Source: Candidatus Omnitrophota bacterium (lineage in GTDB: Bacteria; Omnitrophota; Gorgyraeia; Zapsychrales; Fredricksoniimonadaceae). Taken from it: DNA of 64,000 bases. Where the stretch lies: assembly GCA_013286575.1 (NCBI GenBank), contig JABDFL010000003.1, positions 12,196-76,195 on the forward strand, read 5' to 3'. The stretch's first letter is position 1. The number at the start of each line of letters is the position of its first letter. Both the position numbers and the translations under genes were made by a program. The notes under the pieces were generated by a model. That model saw nothing but the letters and a program-made list of their open reading frames with translations. It ran no database searches and was not told where the DNA came from. Of the stretch, positions 1-15,000 are shown in pieces.

Positions 1-3000
1 GGACCAGGACAAACCCTGGATATTTTGCAACCAGAAGGCAGCGGCACAAGCGGAGGTGATGAAAGCCAAAAATATAGTGTCATGAATAGAATATATGGAA
101 CAGCGACCCAGTATGCGGGGAATATCTCCAGCATTACCGGCAATATAGGCATCGCGCTAAATGTTGATCCCAGCACAGGCGCGATAACCGGCTTTGACCA
201 AAGCCCCCTGGACATGCCCGGTGCCCATTATGTTGTACCGGACCAATTCTACAATCCTTATTTGACCGCTCAAAATGTCAGTCCCGCGGGAGCTTCGGTG
301 CCGGGACAATTACCAGGCATTTATATTGGAACAAATTCAGATGGTACGGACAAAAGGTTCGCCCAAGGCGAGTTTACAGTGACCAATACAGGTATCGATG
401 CCTCGGAAGGTTCAATATTAGCTAATGTTGTTCAAGATCATTCCATGCTTTCGAATGGGAAAATAGTATCAACTCCTACCGGAGATAAATGGGTTGTTGC
501 CGATAATAAGAACATGGTAATAACTGAACAACTCCAAAATGGGACATGGGTAAAGATGGCAGGCCTTAGTTCGATTAGCGGGGATGTTGATACCTGGGAT
601 TTAAAAAATAATGTTTTAGAAAAATCTGAATCGATGAATAATTTCGAAGATGCATGGCACCATTCTTGGTTTAGTGCTGGGATGGGGGATGCCATTGATG
701 TTGTAGACAAAATCCTTGCCATTCGTTTAGTAGGGGGAACAGGGATGGATTGGATGGCATCTGATAGTACAGGAGCACCGCAAGCAGGAGAGATAAAGCA
801 ATATTTCGAAGTTAAATCCGGAGATGTTAATGTCGACAGCCGAGCTTTGGGCAATGCAGTTTCCTCTAACAATGGTCCAATGCTGTTAAATTTGACGCAG
901 GATAAATCAGGTTATGGCTTTGGCTTTGATCTGATGACAGCCATGAATGCAGAGCAACATGATGTCGGGGGGGAACTTCAAACAACACAAGGCACGACCA
1001 ATTTGGGAACAGCTTATACTGCCAACACTGATGCCAGCCAACTTATTAATATCGGTAATGGCCTGAGGGCAGGAGGCACCATCGTTTTTAATCCATTCCA
1101 AACCTTTGGCATTAATATAGACCCTGACAACACCATTGTAAAACATGAGGACACAATGACCGTGGCCAAGCCGGCTGATCAAGGAGGGGCGGCGGGTTTA
1201 GCTGTTCTCCAAGATGTCAATCTTGTCTATCAGCCAACAGCTAATGCGGAGGGATGGGAGTTGGATTCGAAAGACAGTACTACTAAAGGCTATAGCCTGA
1301 CATGGGCAAAAGCAAATGAAAACGAAGAATCAACTTCAGTAGCTGTGGCAAATATACTTGGTTTTGAAACATATGATATAGCGAGCAGTACAGCAACAGT
1401 CAGTAACGATAATAGCGCTATAGCTCTCGATGGATCATTGCTGTTGCCTACAATAACGGTAACAGCCAAAAAAGAAGATAAGCCGTCTTTACTAGAGCAA
1501 GGCGATGTTATATGGGGATTTGGTACGGATAAGGGACAAGCTCCTCCCGAATGGGAAATCCAATCAGGCAGCGAGCAAATGACCACGACTACTGTAGGAA
1601 AAGATTTGAATTTATCGAGGGGACAATTTCAATCAGAATTGAATTTAGATCCAAGCGGTCTTAACATGCAAAGTTTTGGAACATTGCTTTTAACGGCAAA
1701 GGGAGCTATCCATACAGCTGGTGAGGGAGGCTTTGTTACTCCTGGAGGGGGTTCTATAAGCCAAGGAACAACTATTGAATATGATCCTGATGCAGCTAAT
1801 GGATTTAAGACCATTGAAAAACCTTATACCCTTTCTGAGATCCTGGCAGGTGGAAGAGCAACACAGACATTTTTTCCTGATACTGAAATGCGAGCAGCTC
1901 CATCAACTTGGGATCAAATAACGGATGCAATTCTGCATCCAATTAATTGGATTTCTGGAGAATGGGAGTTGGACACTGTTGAGAATCAAAACAGAGAGAA
2001 ATTTACGGAAGCTACAGGAATATATACAGAGCCAACAAAGCTTGCCATGGCGTATAGGTATATTATGGTAAGTTCCATGTTACTTGGTGGTAACCCATTA
2101 GGAGAGACATCTCTGTTCGGGTCAGGAAGCAGCTTAATGACAAACGGATTTAAAAGCATAGGTGGTCTATATGGTTTAACCGGAGCAAAGGCGATTTGGA
2201 CTGGAGTAGGAACCACAATGGGTGTAGCGGGTGCTTCAACAACAGGGATTAATCTTTATGAAGGAAATTCGTTAGGGAGGTCCCTAGCCTATGGCGCATT
2301 TGCTACCGCTGCTGTGCCGTCACTTTATTTATTAGCCGGAGGGGCAGGGGCTTTAGGTGGTTCTAATTTATCCCTCGCTGAGAGATTTGTTCAGAATGGT
2401 TTGGGAGTAAGCTCAGACACAGCAGGTTATACGTATGCCTTGTTTGGGACGCGTTTGGTAGCTAGTGAAACCCTTACTTTGGGAGTTCCTAACGCGTTTA
2501 GTTTATATAATAATCATGGGCTTCTGCCTTGGCAAACACAGGCAACATTATTAACGGCAGGTTTTTCTTATCCACTTGCTAAGCTTTTCTCTACTTCCCT
2601 CGTCCCTACAGAAAATGAAGTTTTAGGAGCAGGATATAGAGTTCTTCAGAACGCAGTCTCTCAAGGCTTAACATGGGGAGAAATCAACGTAGGTGTCTCT
2701 GCAGCGGAGAAAGCGTATGAAGGGAAAGATGTATCCGCAGCAAATTTGTGGACGGATTATCAGAACGGATTTTGGAATGGTCTTTTATTTGGCTCCGTAG
2801 CCGGTGTTGCAGGTGAAATTGCTGGGAGCAATTTGTCGACGGTATCGAAATATGCTTTGGCTGGCGGAATCGGCAGTCTTGGGAATGTAGCTGCGGGGTA
2901 TTTACACAGCACCCAAGAGCATCCGTATACTTGGAAACAAGCGGAAGAAGATTCGTTGGTCGGTGCTGCAATGGGTGCTTTAGGATTAACTTCTTTAAAA

Positions 3001-6000
3001 AATGTAGAGTTTCTTCAAGGGCTATCATTGGGAAATAAGGCTGCGGTCTATGCTACAAGCGCGATTGTCGGTGCCGGAAGCAGAATATTAGACGAGGATA
3101 TCTTTCATTCCGATGAGAAGAATGCGTATACAATGGACAGAGCTATATCTGATGCTACCGTTGGTGCCGGCATGGGACTTTTAGGAATGAAATTTCTGTC
3201 TGGTTTGAAAGATTCGGGGATAGAGCAGACTGCAGAACAGCGCTTTGCCAGCAAAATGTTAGCGGATAATTTGTTAGACACTTCTGTTAAAGGAGCTTTA
3301 AAATGGATCACTGTTTCACCTGCGTTTACAGTCGGTAATGCTCTTTGGAATGGCCACCTGGGAGATATTAACATAAGCAAAGGCGATGCTTTTGATTTAG
3401 TTGAATCGGCCATCAATGGACCATTATCCGGACGATGGATGAACGTTATTTTTAATGCGTCCCAGGTACAGGGAGTGACACCATCGGAGGGATCTGTACG
3501 GCAAATATTGCAAAATTTGCAAAAGGGGCCCTTGGAAAGTGCTTTAGGACAGCATGCCTGGAGTAATATTATTTATATGCCGGGCTTTATGACACTTACC
3601 AATAAAGCTACAGCCAGCGTAGACGCTGTTTTGCCTGCCCCTGTTATGGGAGAAATGACAAAACAGTTTTTAAGTTTTGGAGCAATGACAGCGTTGCCTG
3701 CTTATGGGACTCGGGGGATAAAAGAGTTAACTACAGGTTATGAGTCTTTGAATGAAGGGAAGATTGAGTCTGCTGAGAAATCTTTTCAAAACGCAGTTGA
3801 TCTTGATCCTAACAATATGCAAGCCCGTGTTGGGTTGGCTAGCGTTCAGGATGCATTAGGAAGAACAACGCCAGATGCAATAGATAATTTTCAGAAGCTC
3901 GGAGCCTACGCTTTGGAAACGGCTAATAGCGGTACGTTAGATTTAGTTGTTAGAGGATTGGCCTCTGCAGGCGAATTGGAAGCTGCCCAAACATTAAATA
4001 GCAAGGCAATAGATTCAGGCAAATTCTCCAATACTGAAGCACTAACTCAAAGGCAAACAGTATTTAATCAAGCTTTGGAATTACCAAGAAATAGCGTAGC
4101 CTCTCCTGAGGACGTAGGGGCGCAAATAGACAATTTGGCTTCCGCAGCACAGGCCCAGAGTAAGGCTCAATATAAATCATTAGTGGGAGATTTGGTGGCA
4201 GTTGCCAGAGGATTGTCAGGGAAAAGCATTGATCAGGGACGTAATTTTTCAACATTGTTTGGGAATGCGGCGCTTACGCATGCAGCAGATTCTTCAAAAA
4301 TCAATGTTGCTTTAAATTTAGCGATATCTTACCAACGCGTTAGAGATTTCAATAAAGGATTGGATATTTTACAAAGATTGCCTAATGGTGCCAGGATCAA
4401 CAGAAGCATTTTAGGGATGGAAGATGAGTTAATGCAAGGACTTCAACGTATAAACACGGCGGCAAGAACCTTAGCTGAAGATGGCGATTTTCAAGAATCA
4501 GTAAATTTATTAACACAGAGGGGAGATAATGAAAGTCTTACGAGGACAATCCCCATTATTTTAAGAGCTATAAATGAGGGGGAAACAATCGATGTTCTTG
4601 GAATGAAAATAAGTAAAATTGAAGATATGCCTGCTTTATTGGAAAGAATCAAGACGCAGGTCAACAGAGAAGAATTCAGCACAGAATTGGATTCACTATG
4701 GAACCAAGTGAGTTCGAGATTGGCAGAAGCACAGAAGGCTACGGCCGGAGACCATGATTTGATAGGTAAAAATCATGCAGCTGTTGATTGGACCCAAGCA
4801 CGTAAAAATGCTGTAGGGCAAGCGGTAGAAGAAATGGTCCAAGGATTAAAGGCCAACAGGACATTTAATCTGCGAAACGGTACCATAGAAATTCATCTGG
4901 TAAAGTCAGGTTCCTTGCCTGAGGGATTTGAAAGCGGCATGGGTGTTATTAAAAGAAATAGTGATGGCACGACTAGAACAATTATTCTGGTGGAAGATGC
5001 CAAAGCTTTAGGCCATGAAGTCAAAGAAGCGGATTTTCGTTATCGTATGGATATGCATAGGATTTGGGTTGAAAGTGGCGGCAAGGAAGGCATGAAGGCT
5101 ACTGACCAACAGCTTGCATTGTGGAGCAAGAATGGATTCAAGGTGGATGATATATCCACGGATAGTAATGCCGCCCATAGATCGGTTGTGGAAGTTGGAT
5201 TTGGTGAAGGCAAAAAAGTGGCTGTGCCGAGGGCACCACCTGCTGTAGGTGAAGCGCAGGGTAATTATGACGTTTTTGGTGAAGGTCACATTTCGCAAAC
5301 TCCCTCCCAATCATTATCTTCCGGCATGGAGGCTTCTGTCATTGATCAATTCTCTACAAGTATCGATAATCTCCTTAGAGATGCAGATAAACAAACTGCC
5401 TTAGAAAATGCAGGAGAAGCTCAAGGTGAAGCTGCATTTTTATCTCTTTATACTCAAATTTTTAGAGAATATAGGGGGCAAAAAGTAGAGGCAAATGATA
5501 GTAGCATCCAAAACCAGGGAACATTGCTGCGTGAATCCAGAAGATTATTAAGAGAACTATTGACACTCAAAAATCAGTATGGGCAGGCGCTTAAAGACAA
5601 AGATGATACTGAAGGTCTAAAAAGATTGGATGCTCTTTTTGCGGGAACGGTTCGCTTTACCCAAGCTATGGATAACTTTGATTTTGGTAGCCGAGCTCAA
5701 GCTGAGGTTAGAGATACATACCAGATTAAAGCCATTGAAGCGTTAGAAAAGTTAGCCCAAGATGATCCTGTAAACGCTGCAAAATATTTATTAAAAGCAA
5801 CAGAATATCAAACGCTCCGTAGTTTGGATCAAGAGGATTTTCAATCCACAGGAGGTCCAAATGGCACAGAGCGTGTTGATACTGCATTTAAACGTGCACA
5901 AGATTTTCTAAAAGCAGCTAGGGAAGCCGACACTAAGAAGGAATACACGGAACAGTTGAATGCCCTAGAACGTAAACTCAATAGTGATGAGCAATTAATT

Positions 6001-9000
6001 AAGACACACCAAGATATTGTCATTGCGTATAATCTTATCCTTAAGGCTGCTGAAATTCAAATGTCTAAAGGGCCAGAAGGACAAATCAAGGCTCAGGCAA
6101 AAGAAGCATTAAATGCCATTCAAAGAGCTACCGATAGATTAGGTATCAACGATGATCTCCAACCGATTTTTAAACACTTAAATGACTTAAGGAGAATGGT
6201 CACTGCCATAGAAGAAACAGGCTATGTTGCAGATGTTTCAGGTTCAGATGTTAAGAAGGCTATAGAATCCAATCGTTCAATAGCACCTTCAGGTGAAACG
6301 GCCCGAGAAAAATCCGTCCGTGAATTTACTGATGGACTTCGCAGATTACAGAACCTCAAGCTTATCCTTAGGCACGATATATTACATCCCCAAAAAGAGT
6401 TGGCCAGTGTCCTTAGAGACGCATATAAGGCTTTTAATGATTGGGAAAAGCCGCGCGTTAAGACCCTTGAAAATGTGGGCAACTCTAAATATGATCCTGA
6501 TGCAATGATTGAGGAATCGCGTAGGACATGGCTTGAACCAATAAAGGGATTGAATGTAGATCTTGCAAGGAGTATCAATGATCTTATAAGAGGGGATAGC
6601 GCAAAGTATCAGTTAGGAAAAGAAGCATTATTTAGAAGTATTCAAGACCAGCTTGAACAACCTGGTTCTAAATGGAGTTTAGAAGAATTTAGCGCTATTG
6701 TGGATATTTTTAAGACGGTCCATCGACTCAACATGGAAAAAGAGAATAAGTCATGGACGGTCAAAAGTGAGGACATTGCCGGGTTAAAGGCGATGATAGA
6801 CTATGTTCAAGGAGATGGGAAAAATCCTTTAGTGTGGGTAAAAATGATGTCCGGCGGTAAAACAATGCTTTATAGGGCTTTAGCTGAACAATTGGCCACG
6901 AAAGGGATTGGCGGTAAAAAATATAGTACCGTTATTTCAACGGCGAATAGAGACCTGGCAAAGGAATTGGAAAACAATATTTTTTACAGACCCAAGGAAG
7001 ATCGTTCAGGAAAAGTGATATTAACTGAGGAGAATCTTAAGCCTATTTCCGGAAGAATTTTAGTTTTAACCCACCAGGAATTAATGGAGATCGCCTTGCA
7101 TGAGGTAAAAACAGGAAAGAATTTATTGAAAGGATATGATGTTAACCTTATTGACGAAATTCATGCGTTGATGAATTCTGCGCCCTTAATTGATGGGACA
7201 GCTTTTGAAAACGGCCGTCGGGTGTATCAATCCTTAGACCAAACTAACCAGACTAAAGTCAAAGATTGGCGAAAGGCCGAAGAATTGTTGGATCAAATTG
7301 CCCGTCAAGTTGATGCCCAAGTCAGAGAATATGAAGGCGGAAGTATTTTTGAATATACTCGTAAAGGAGATGGTGCAGCGATCATTGGATCAAGAGGAAT
7401 TAAGGAGAGCTTTAAAGCGGAGGTTGAGAAGAAATGGCGTGAAGCAGCATTAGCCCAAGGTATCCATGTTGAAAATTTGTACTCCGAAGATCAAATAAAC
7501 AAAGAATTAATGGAGAATGTTGCTTTTGCCATTGAAGGTTATGGTAAAGATTCCTACAAAGTAGATTTTAAGAACGGTGAACTTTTTATAGCTCCGGTAG
7601 AGCATGGAGATAACACAGGACGCATTAATTGGAATCAGATTTTTGGTGATGGTGGCAAAGGTTTTAATGCCCGTTCCCGTATGGTCATCGCACATTTAAA
7701 TAACTTAGCAAAGATAGGAGAATTAAAAAGCGCTTCGGGAAGAAAGTTACAAGGAATAGATGACTTATCGTATTTCATAAAGGTCATGCATGACCAAACT
7801 TCAATGGCTATGCCAGCCAACGCATTGGAACTGGTGGGGAAAAAGATTGGTGCTACAGGAACTCCCGATGAAGCTGCAGGTGCCTTATCTGCCCGTAACA
7901 GCAGCTATGTTCAATTTGAAAAGAACATCACGCTAGATATGTTAAATGTGGATGGCAGGTATTTTAAAAGCAGGCAAGCTAAGTTAGATTATATTGCTGA
8001 TGAGGTTGTGAAATCTTTGATCGCGCAAAGAGATGGGGAATTAGGTAATAAAAATGTCTTTAAACTAATCCACTTAAATGAATTACGTGACCGCCAGGAT
8101 CTCTACAATCTAATTGCAGGAAAGTTAAGAGCTGTAAACATTGAACAGAGCGGCATTTTGCACTTGGCGGACCTCCCGGAAGCCAGGCCAGTGCCCAATG
8201 AACAAAAGAGTGAGTCGGAATTAAATACCATCCAGAAAATTGCTAATAGATTCGACGCAGGTGATTATATAGGAAAGAATTTAATTGTTATTGCATCTGT
8301 CAAAGAAGGCGTCTCTTTCAGCGAAAAGGGAATTATGGATAAAAATGTCCTTTCCCAAGTTGGTATACAAGGGACAAGATTAGATCCTAATTATAGGGGG
8401 GAGGATGGTATTTGGGAAGATGTTTTGGATAAGGATGGTAAGCCCACAGAGAAGGTGCGTTTAAAAGAGAACGTTAATTTGGAAGCTAACGAAACGGAGT
8501 TTAAGAGAATTGCTGGAAAGAATGCAGAAGAAGTTTGGCATATCCTACAAGATGCCAGGGGATACGATGCAGAAGTGATAGTAGCTAGTTTAGGTTCTAA
8601 ATCTGCGGTGTTACAGACCTTGATGAGGCTTAATACAATGGATCCTGAGAAGGCAAAGAATAATCCTGCAGCGGCAGAAATTTATGAGGCCGTGAAAGGA
8701 AACCGTCTTACTGCCAAAGCAACTATCTTAACAGATGCAGAGGATCGCAATTTAACAAATGACAGCAGAGCTAGCTTTGAAAATCCAAAGATAGGCTTCT
8801 TAGATGCCGCACAGGAAGTAATGACCAAAATGGCACTTAACCAAGTAGCACACGGCATACTGAATGTTTCGCGCCAGACAGAAGGTTCAAGTATTGAAAA
8901 AGTCAGCGAAGTCATTCGTCAATTTGACCAGCGTTTGATGGATAATTTTGTCAGACAAGTTGGTACGAGACAGACTTTAGGAGGGCTTCCTTATATGGTT

Positions 9001-12000
9001 GTTCCTCAAAGTGGAGGGTTTGCTTATTATAAGGATAATAGTTTGGGATCAGACTTCGGTAATGCGACAGAGGATCAATACGAAGGAGATTTTAAACACA
9101 TGTTGTCTTTGGCGGGGGCAACAGGTTTACATGTGGATAAAAACGGCGGGGCCATTGTTCCATCAGGACATGTTTACAATATTGAAACAGGTGATGTTTG
9201 GGCATTAAATAATTATAACAGACCGGAAGCTGAAAGAGGGGATGCCTTAGGAACAGTTGTGCGGATGGTAGTTCCTAAAGAATATGTCAGCCCGTATTCT
9301 GATACGCCAGTAACCCATGAAGAACGTTCTGTTTTGGCGAAGATCACTCCTGAGTCCCAAACCAAATCCGAGCGTGTGGCAGTTGTTAACACGCATTGGA
9401 ATTGGATTGTATCCGGCATCATTTCAAAGCGTGTCAATGTTCGCTTGAACTGGATTGCCAACCAAACAATGACTCCGGAATTTAAAGGAGGGTTTTTAGC
9501 TGGAAATAATCCCATTCAAATTGGCGGACAAGAGTGGACGTCAGAAGATCCTATCAAACAGACGGAGACAGATCATTTAGGCACGGTGTATTTGGTTAAA
9601 GAAGGCAAGGGCACAAAGGATATTAAGAAAGGTGACGTGAAGTTTGTTGTGATCAAAGGCCAAATTCATCCTATTGCCAAGGGACAAGATTCTTTAAAGG
9701 CGATCATAGATCATGAGATCACTTTGCCGGATGAGACCCGTCGTGACATCAAAATGGAGGTTGAAGTTGCCATCAAAGATGGCAAGGTCACAGAGAAAAG
9801 GGGTGTGCTTAAACTCGAATCACCTATTCGTACCCAGCGCACAGTGATTAAATCCAATGGAAAGATGGTCGAAGAAACAGTAGAGCTTGAAGATGGGGAC
9901 AAGCTAGAACTTTTAAAGACTAAGAATTTAGGGGTTAAGATCACAGAAATCAGCGGGAAGAATGATGGCAAACCTAAATTTTATATGCAAGAAAACAAAT
10001 TGTACCAAGCTGTTAAGTTTAAAAATGAAGGGTATGGATTTGTCCTTCCTTCGATAGTAAAGATAGCAAAAGTCCAAGGTTCTCCCAGCGGGATGTATGA
10101 AACAGTGATGGATAAAGTTTTTATAAAGAGAGCCAGCGGTGAAATTGAATTGGACCATATTGGTATGCGTACAAAAGGAGAGAATGGTAAACCTGAAATT
10201 TTAGAAAAGACAGGCGAAATTAAACAAGGCAGAAGAACAGTCGGATATTTGCATAATGACCAACGTTTTGATATTGATCGTAACAATCCCCTTGCTCCTG
10301 TTGTTTGGGTTAATGATGACCTTGCCGGCCGTAGATTATTAAAAGTTTTAGGGTACTCTCCAACCGCTCGGCGAAATAATAAAAATCAAATTGCTGTTCC
10401 ACTGTCTAAATTTAGAAAATACGTTTTGAAAATTAAACAACAGGTAGAAATTTTAGGCACAGCTACTGATGAGCTCCGCCAGAAGAATTATGCCAAGGGA
10501 GATGAATCAGCAAAGAAAGCCATTGAAGCAGCTAAGAGTCTTTTGGATTTGTTTGGCATTGGATATACGGAATCAACAGATAAAGGTAAGCCGGTTTTAG
10601 TCATTAACCCATCAGAGTCCACACATCCTTTGGCCGAACTAGTGAACTTTGTGAGCCAATTGAATGGTTTAGGCAAGAAAGTTAAAGATGGGGCAGATAA
10701 GAAGATTCCAGCACGCGTGGTGTTTAACCCTTATTTGGAAGATAAGGGAACAGCAGGTCTGATGGGCAATGAGCAAATGGATATAGGTCCAAGTTCGTTC
10801 ATCGCATATGCTTCGGATTTTGCCCGGCTGGAAGCCGGCGTTCTGGAACACGAAGCTTTCGGACACGGTATGGGAAGAAGCTTACGGATGATGAGGACAT
10901 ATACTTTGGTAGGCCAAGGAACAATTATTGATCTTTCATCCGATCACCAGCGCAGCCAGCAGGGTATTTACGGTGGTTACAAATCAGTCAATGAAGCTTT
11001 GACTAACCCAATTATTGAAGCTGGGCTTAAATTTCTTACCGGCTTGAGACTGTTGTTTATGGGCAATATTAAACAAGCCAGAAGATTTTTTCAAGAAGCA
11101 GCTACCGTTATTGAGCGTGGGCGCAACATAGCTTATTCTATCGCTGACCGTTTTGGAGAAGCTTTAACCGTTGTTAATAAGGCTATGGCTGGTGATAAAG
11201 AAAAGGCCAAGGACATTATTTGGCATAATGATTCGGAAACAGGTATTCCCTTAGCGACAGTTATTTTAAGAGATGATGCCGGCAAGGCCATTGTTGCCGT
11301 TGCCATTCCTATCCCAGAGAAAGAGTTACCCGATGATGTTAAAAATAAAAAAGGCAATGAACTTCTTCAAGTTTTATTGGAAAAATCAAAGAAATTAATT
11401 TTAGAGCATGCTTCGATTATGGCCGTTCGGGAGGCCATTCTTGGCCGTTATGGATATGATAAACCTTTGTGGGATTTTATTAATAATAATCTTACCACTG
11501 ATTCAGAATTATGGGATGACACTGCAGATAAGGATCAAAATAAATATAAAGCGAAGATCCGTCAATTAACGATTGAAAACGCCTTGAAAGACAGTGGTAT
11601 GGTACAGGCGATTGAAGCGATTAAACAAGCAGGAATTCTGTCAGAACAAAATGCCACTCCAGTTAATGTCATGCGTATAATTTCAAGCATTTTATCTTCT
11701 GGCCAGAAGCCACAAGTCAGCAAAGATAAAAAAGTCTATACCTATACCGACCCTAGAAATAACAGATCATTTACGATTAATTTGGAAACCAATAAGATTA
11801 TTTTTTCTAAAGGAAGCGCGTCAATAAACCAATTTAACGATATTCAACAAGATTGGGAAGAAGCAGTGGCCAAAAGAAAAGCAGAACGCAATGCCCGCGC
11901 CAAAGAATTACAGGAACAAATGCAGAAAGCTGAGCGAGACTCAGCCATAGAGGCCAGTGAACGCACTTTAGATGAAGTTATTGCTATGACGCTCAATCCC

Positions 12001-15000
12001 AATGAGCCCATTCGTTTAAGCAGGATCGAAACAGGTGATGCGGCAAGCAATGTTTACCAGGTGGAATTGGCAGACAGGATGCTGCTTAATCATGAAACAG
12101 CTTATTTGCAAGCTGGGATTGAGAATAAGGTATTATCTGCAAAATCCAAAATGTTAAGAAGGACTATTACTGATGCTGAAGCCATGGCTGAAGGTGTTAC
12201 TGCCAAAGGACAGGACTTTTTAGGAAAAGATTTGGTTGATCAAGTCAATCTTTCCAGTGAAAGCTGGTTTGGGAGAAAGAAACTGACAAACATGTCAACA
12301 GCAGTAAGGATTGTATGGAATCAACTGGTGAAGGACCAGAAGGTCGCCTTTGAAAATGGCAAATGGGTCCAGAAACAGAAATTCGCTGTTTTATTTACCG
12401 CCCGTGATGAAGCAGAAGATGCTGAGCATCCCAATGCCCGTCGCGAATTGATCGAACATGAGTCTACCCACGGGAGATTTTTTACGGAAGATGATTTTAG
12501 AGATGCTACCTATGAGATTTGGCGTTCGAAATTATCGAAGAGACAGAAAAAAGAGGTAGAGAAATTCTTGGATAAGATGGGATATGATAAGCATCAACCT
12601 TGGTTAATGGCCACTGAATTTGGCGCATGGTTCAGGGATTTTAAATCAGTAACTGACATAACCGAGAAATCAGATAAATTAGGAGAACTATTCAATAATG
12701 AAACTTTGAGGAAATCTTTTGTTGCTGTCCAGGATGAATTAATAAAAATGGAAAGTGATGCCGGATATAGGGCAAAATTAGCCAGCACGTACAGAGCACA
12801 AAATATACCACCGGCAGTTGAGCCTCAGCCTGAACGACAAACCAATACACGGAGGCCTGCAGTTGAGGCCGCGCCTACATTAGCTAGCAATTCACCGGTG
12901 GTCTCCAGTGGAGAAAAAACGATAGATATGGTCATTCCAGGGGAGTCGGGTTCAAAATTACAACCTATCATTGTTCCAAGCAATATCCTTCCATCAAATA
13001 ATTTTACGTCTTCATCTTATTCTGTGACGTTTATGCCTGATGGATATCCAACTACCGCAAGCGCTCCTCAGGGAGATCAAACTAATGGTAATAGCTTTGA
13101 GCAGATCCAATTAACACCGATTACTCAGTCCATAAGCCTGCAAGATGGAAGGGATAGTTATAGACTGGCTGCAGAAGAAGCTTCTGTAAAGACACAATCT
13201 GCGCCATCAGCTAATCCGTCCGACAGCGCCATGACGGGGATATCCGGAAAAGTCGTATCAGGCGCTGCCTGGAAGCCGGGGTCATCGACGCGGGTCAGCG
13301 CGGAAAGTGTCAACAATGCCAGCATGGTCAATAATTACAGCGACGACGGGGTTGTTCTTCTTACCTTCTGGCTGAAAAAGTACGGGGTTGAAACCACCGT
13401 GACGTTAATGATTGAAAATCTTGCCGGGTTCGCGCGCACCTTTGTCGCTATTGATCCCAATGATTTTGACAAAGACAGCACCCTGGAAAGCTGGAAAGAA
13501 GCGCAGGATTTTATTACAAAGCTGATGCGCGGGCTTACAAAGCAGAAGTTTGAAGTTGATCTGCGCGCGGCGTCTGTGGTGCGGATCAAGCGTGGGCAGA
13601 ACCCTAAATTTGTACGCGGCATGTTGATGGAATTGGCGGAGTTATATGTGGGCAATGTCCCCGGCGGGCAGGTTTTGTATGCGGATGCTATGGGGGTAAA
13701 GAAACCGGTTGTCAGGGTAGTTTTCCACGCAAGTAAAAAGATTGCTTCGTCGCCTGCGGCTTTCCGTAATGAAACAACGCACAGATCTTTATTACAACGC
13801 ATTAATAACGAATTTGCTGCATTAATACATCAATTTAATTCTAAAGAGATTGCCGCGTCGCCGTTGGCTCCTCGCAATGACATGATGGGAACCAGCCCTT
13901 CGCCCAAAGCCCGATCTATTCAATTGCCCGGATTTAAAAATACCGTCATGTCAAATATCGTTGCGCAGAGCAATGCGGTTGTCCGCGAAAATATTCCTTC
14001 ATTCACCAGGGCTCTTCTGCTGCAAGCGGCAGCACACGATCCGGATTTGTTTATGAGCTTCGCTAAAGGGATTCCATTAGCCAGGGGAGAATTACCTGAA
14101 AGTGTACGCTATTATGTTTTAAGCCATTCTTCCGCATTTATTCCTCCTTTAGTCGCTGCTCAAGCCCGTTATAATTCAGAAACTGCCTTACAACAAGCCC
14201 TTGCGTTGACACTGCCTCCGGTGAGCAATGTCGGTTCCTCAGTAGCGACGGAATCGAATGTTGTTTCGCTCATCAATCCGTCGATGGTAGCGACAGACCA
14301 GGCCGATGATATTGCCATGACCACATGGCAGCATGGGAATTTAATTAAATGGCAGAAGAGCGGTGCGAGGTATTCCGATCCCAAAAAAGACGGGGCCATG
14401 ATCTATATTGACTTTGCTTTAAAAGGCCGCCTATTGCCTTTAAGAGGGAACACCGATGCCAGCATGAAAGCAGCCTTGGGTGTTGCTCCTGATGATTTCC
14501 TGAATATCGATGCCGGGGACACTAATGATAGCGGGATGATGGTCATAAAAGATTTGGAAAGCCCAGCGATCCAACAGGCCAGGGAACGTTTACGCTCAAC
14601 AGTTGTTTATATTATTCGCCATATTCAATTCCCCGGTGCTACCAAAAAAGAAGTGCGCCGCCGCATGCAGATTATTTGGACAGAAGTGCTGAGGATGTAT
14701 GGAAAAATAGAAGCAAAGGATGTCTGGCTCGAGGCAAAGAATAGAGCTAAGAGGATGCTCAACGGTGTCTCCAACACACTCAGACTGCTGCCTGGCATGA
14801 TGCCGCCGGTTAATGGGCCTGGCAGGACATGGCCTAAAGCTGATGAACGGGCGGCAGCTATTGTAATGCCATTTACACCAACTGCTCCTAAAGAGCGTCC
14901 AGGCGGACCTCCCGGACCGCCGGCACCAGAAATTGCTCCAGCTCCGCCGACTACGCCAGGAGCATTTCTGCGGGCATCATTTGTTAGAAATGCAGGTATG

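Noticed and set aside
10840-10870. 'LEHEAFGHG' in the giant protein as a zinc-metalloprotease motif
   Set aside because: The spacing is H-E-x-x-x-H rather than HExxH. I keep only the true HExxH at 12457-12471, and that only as a weak observation.
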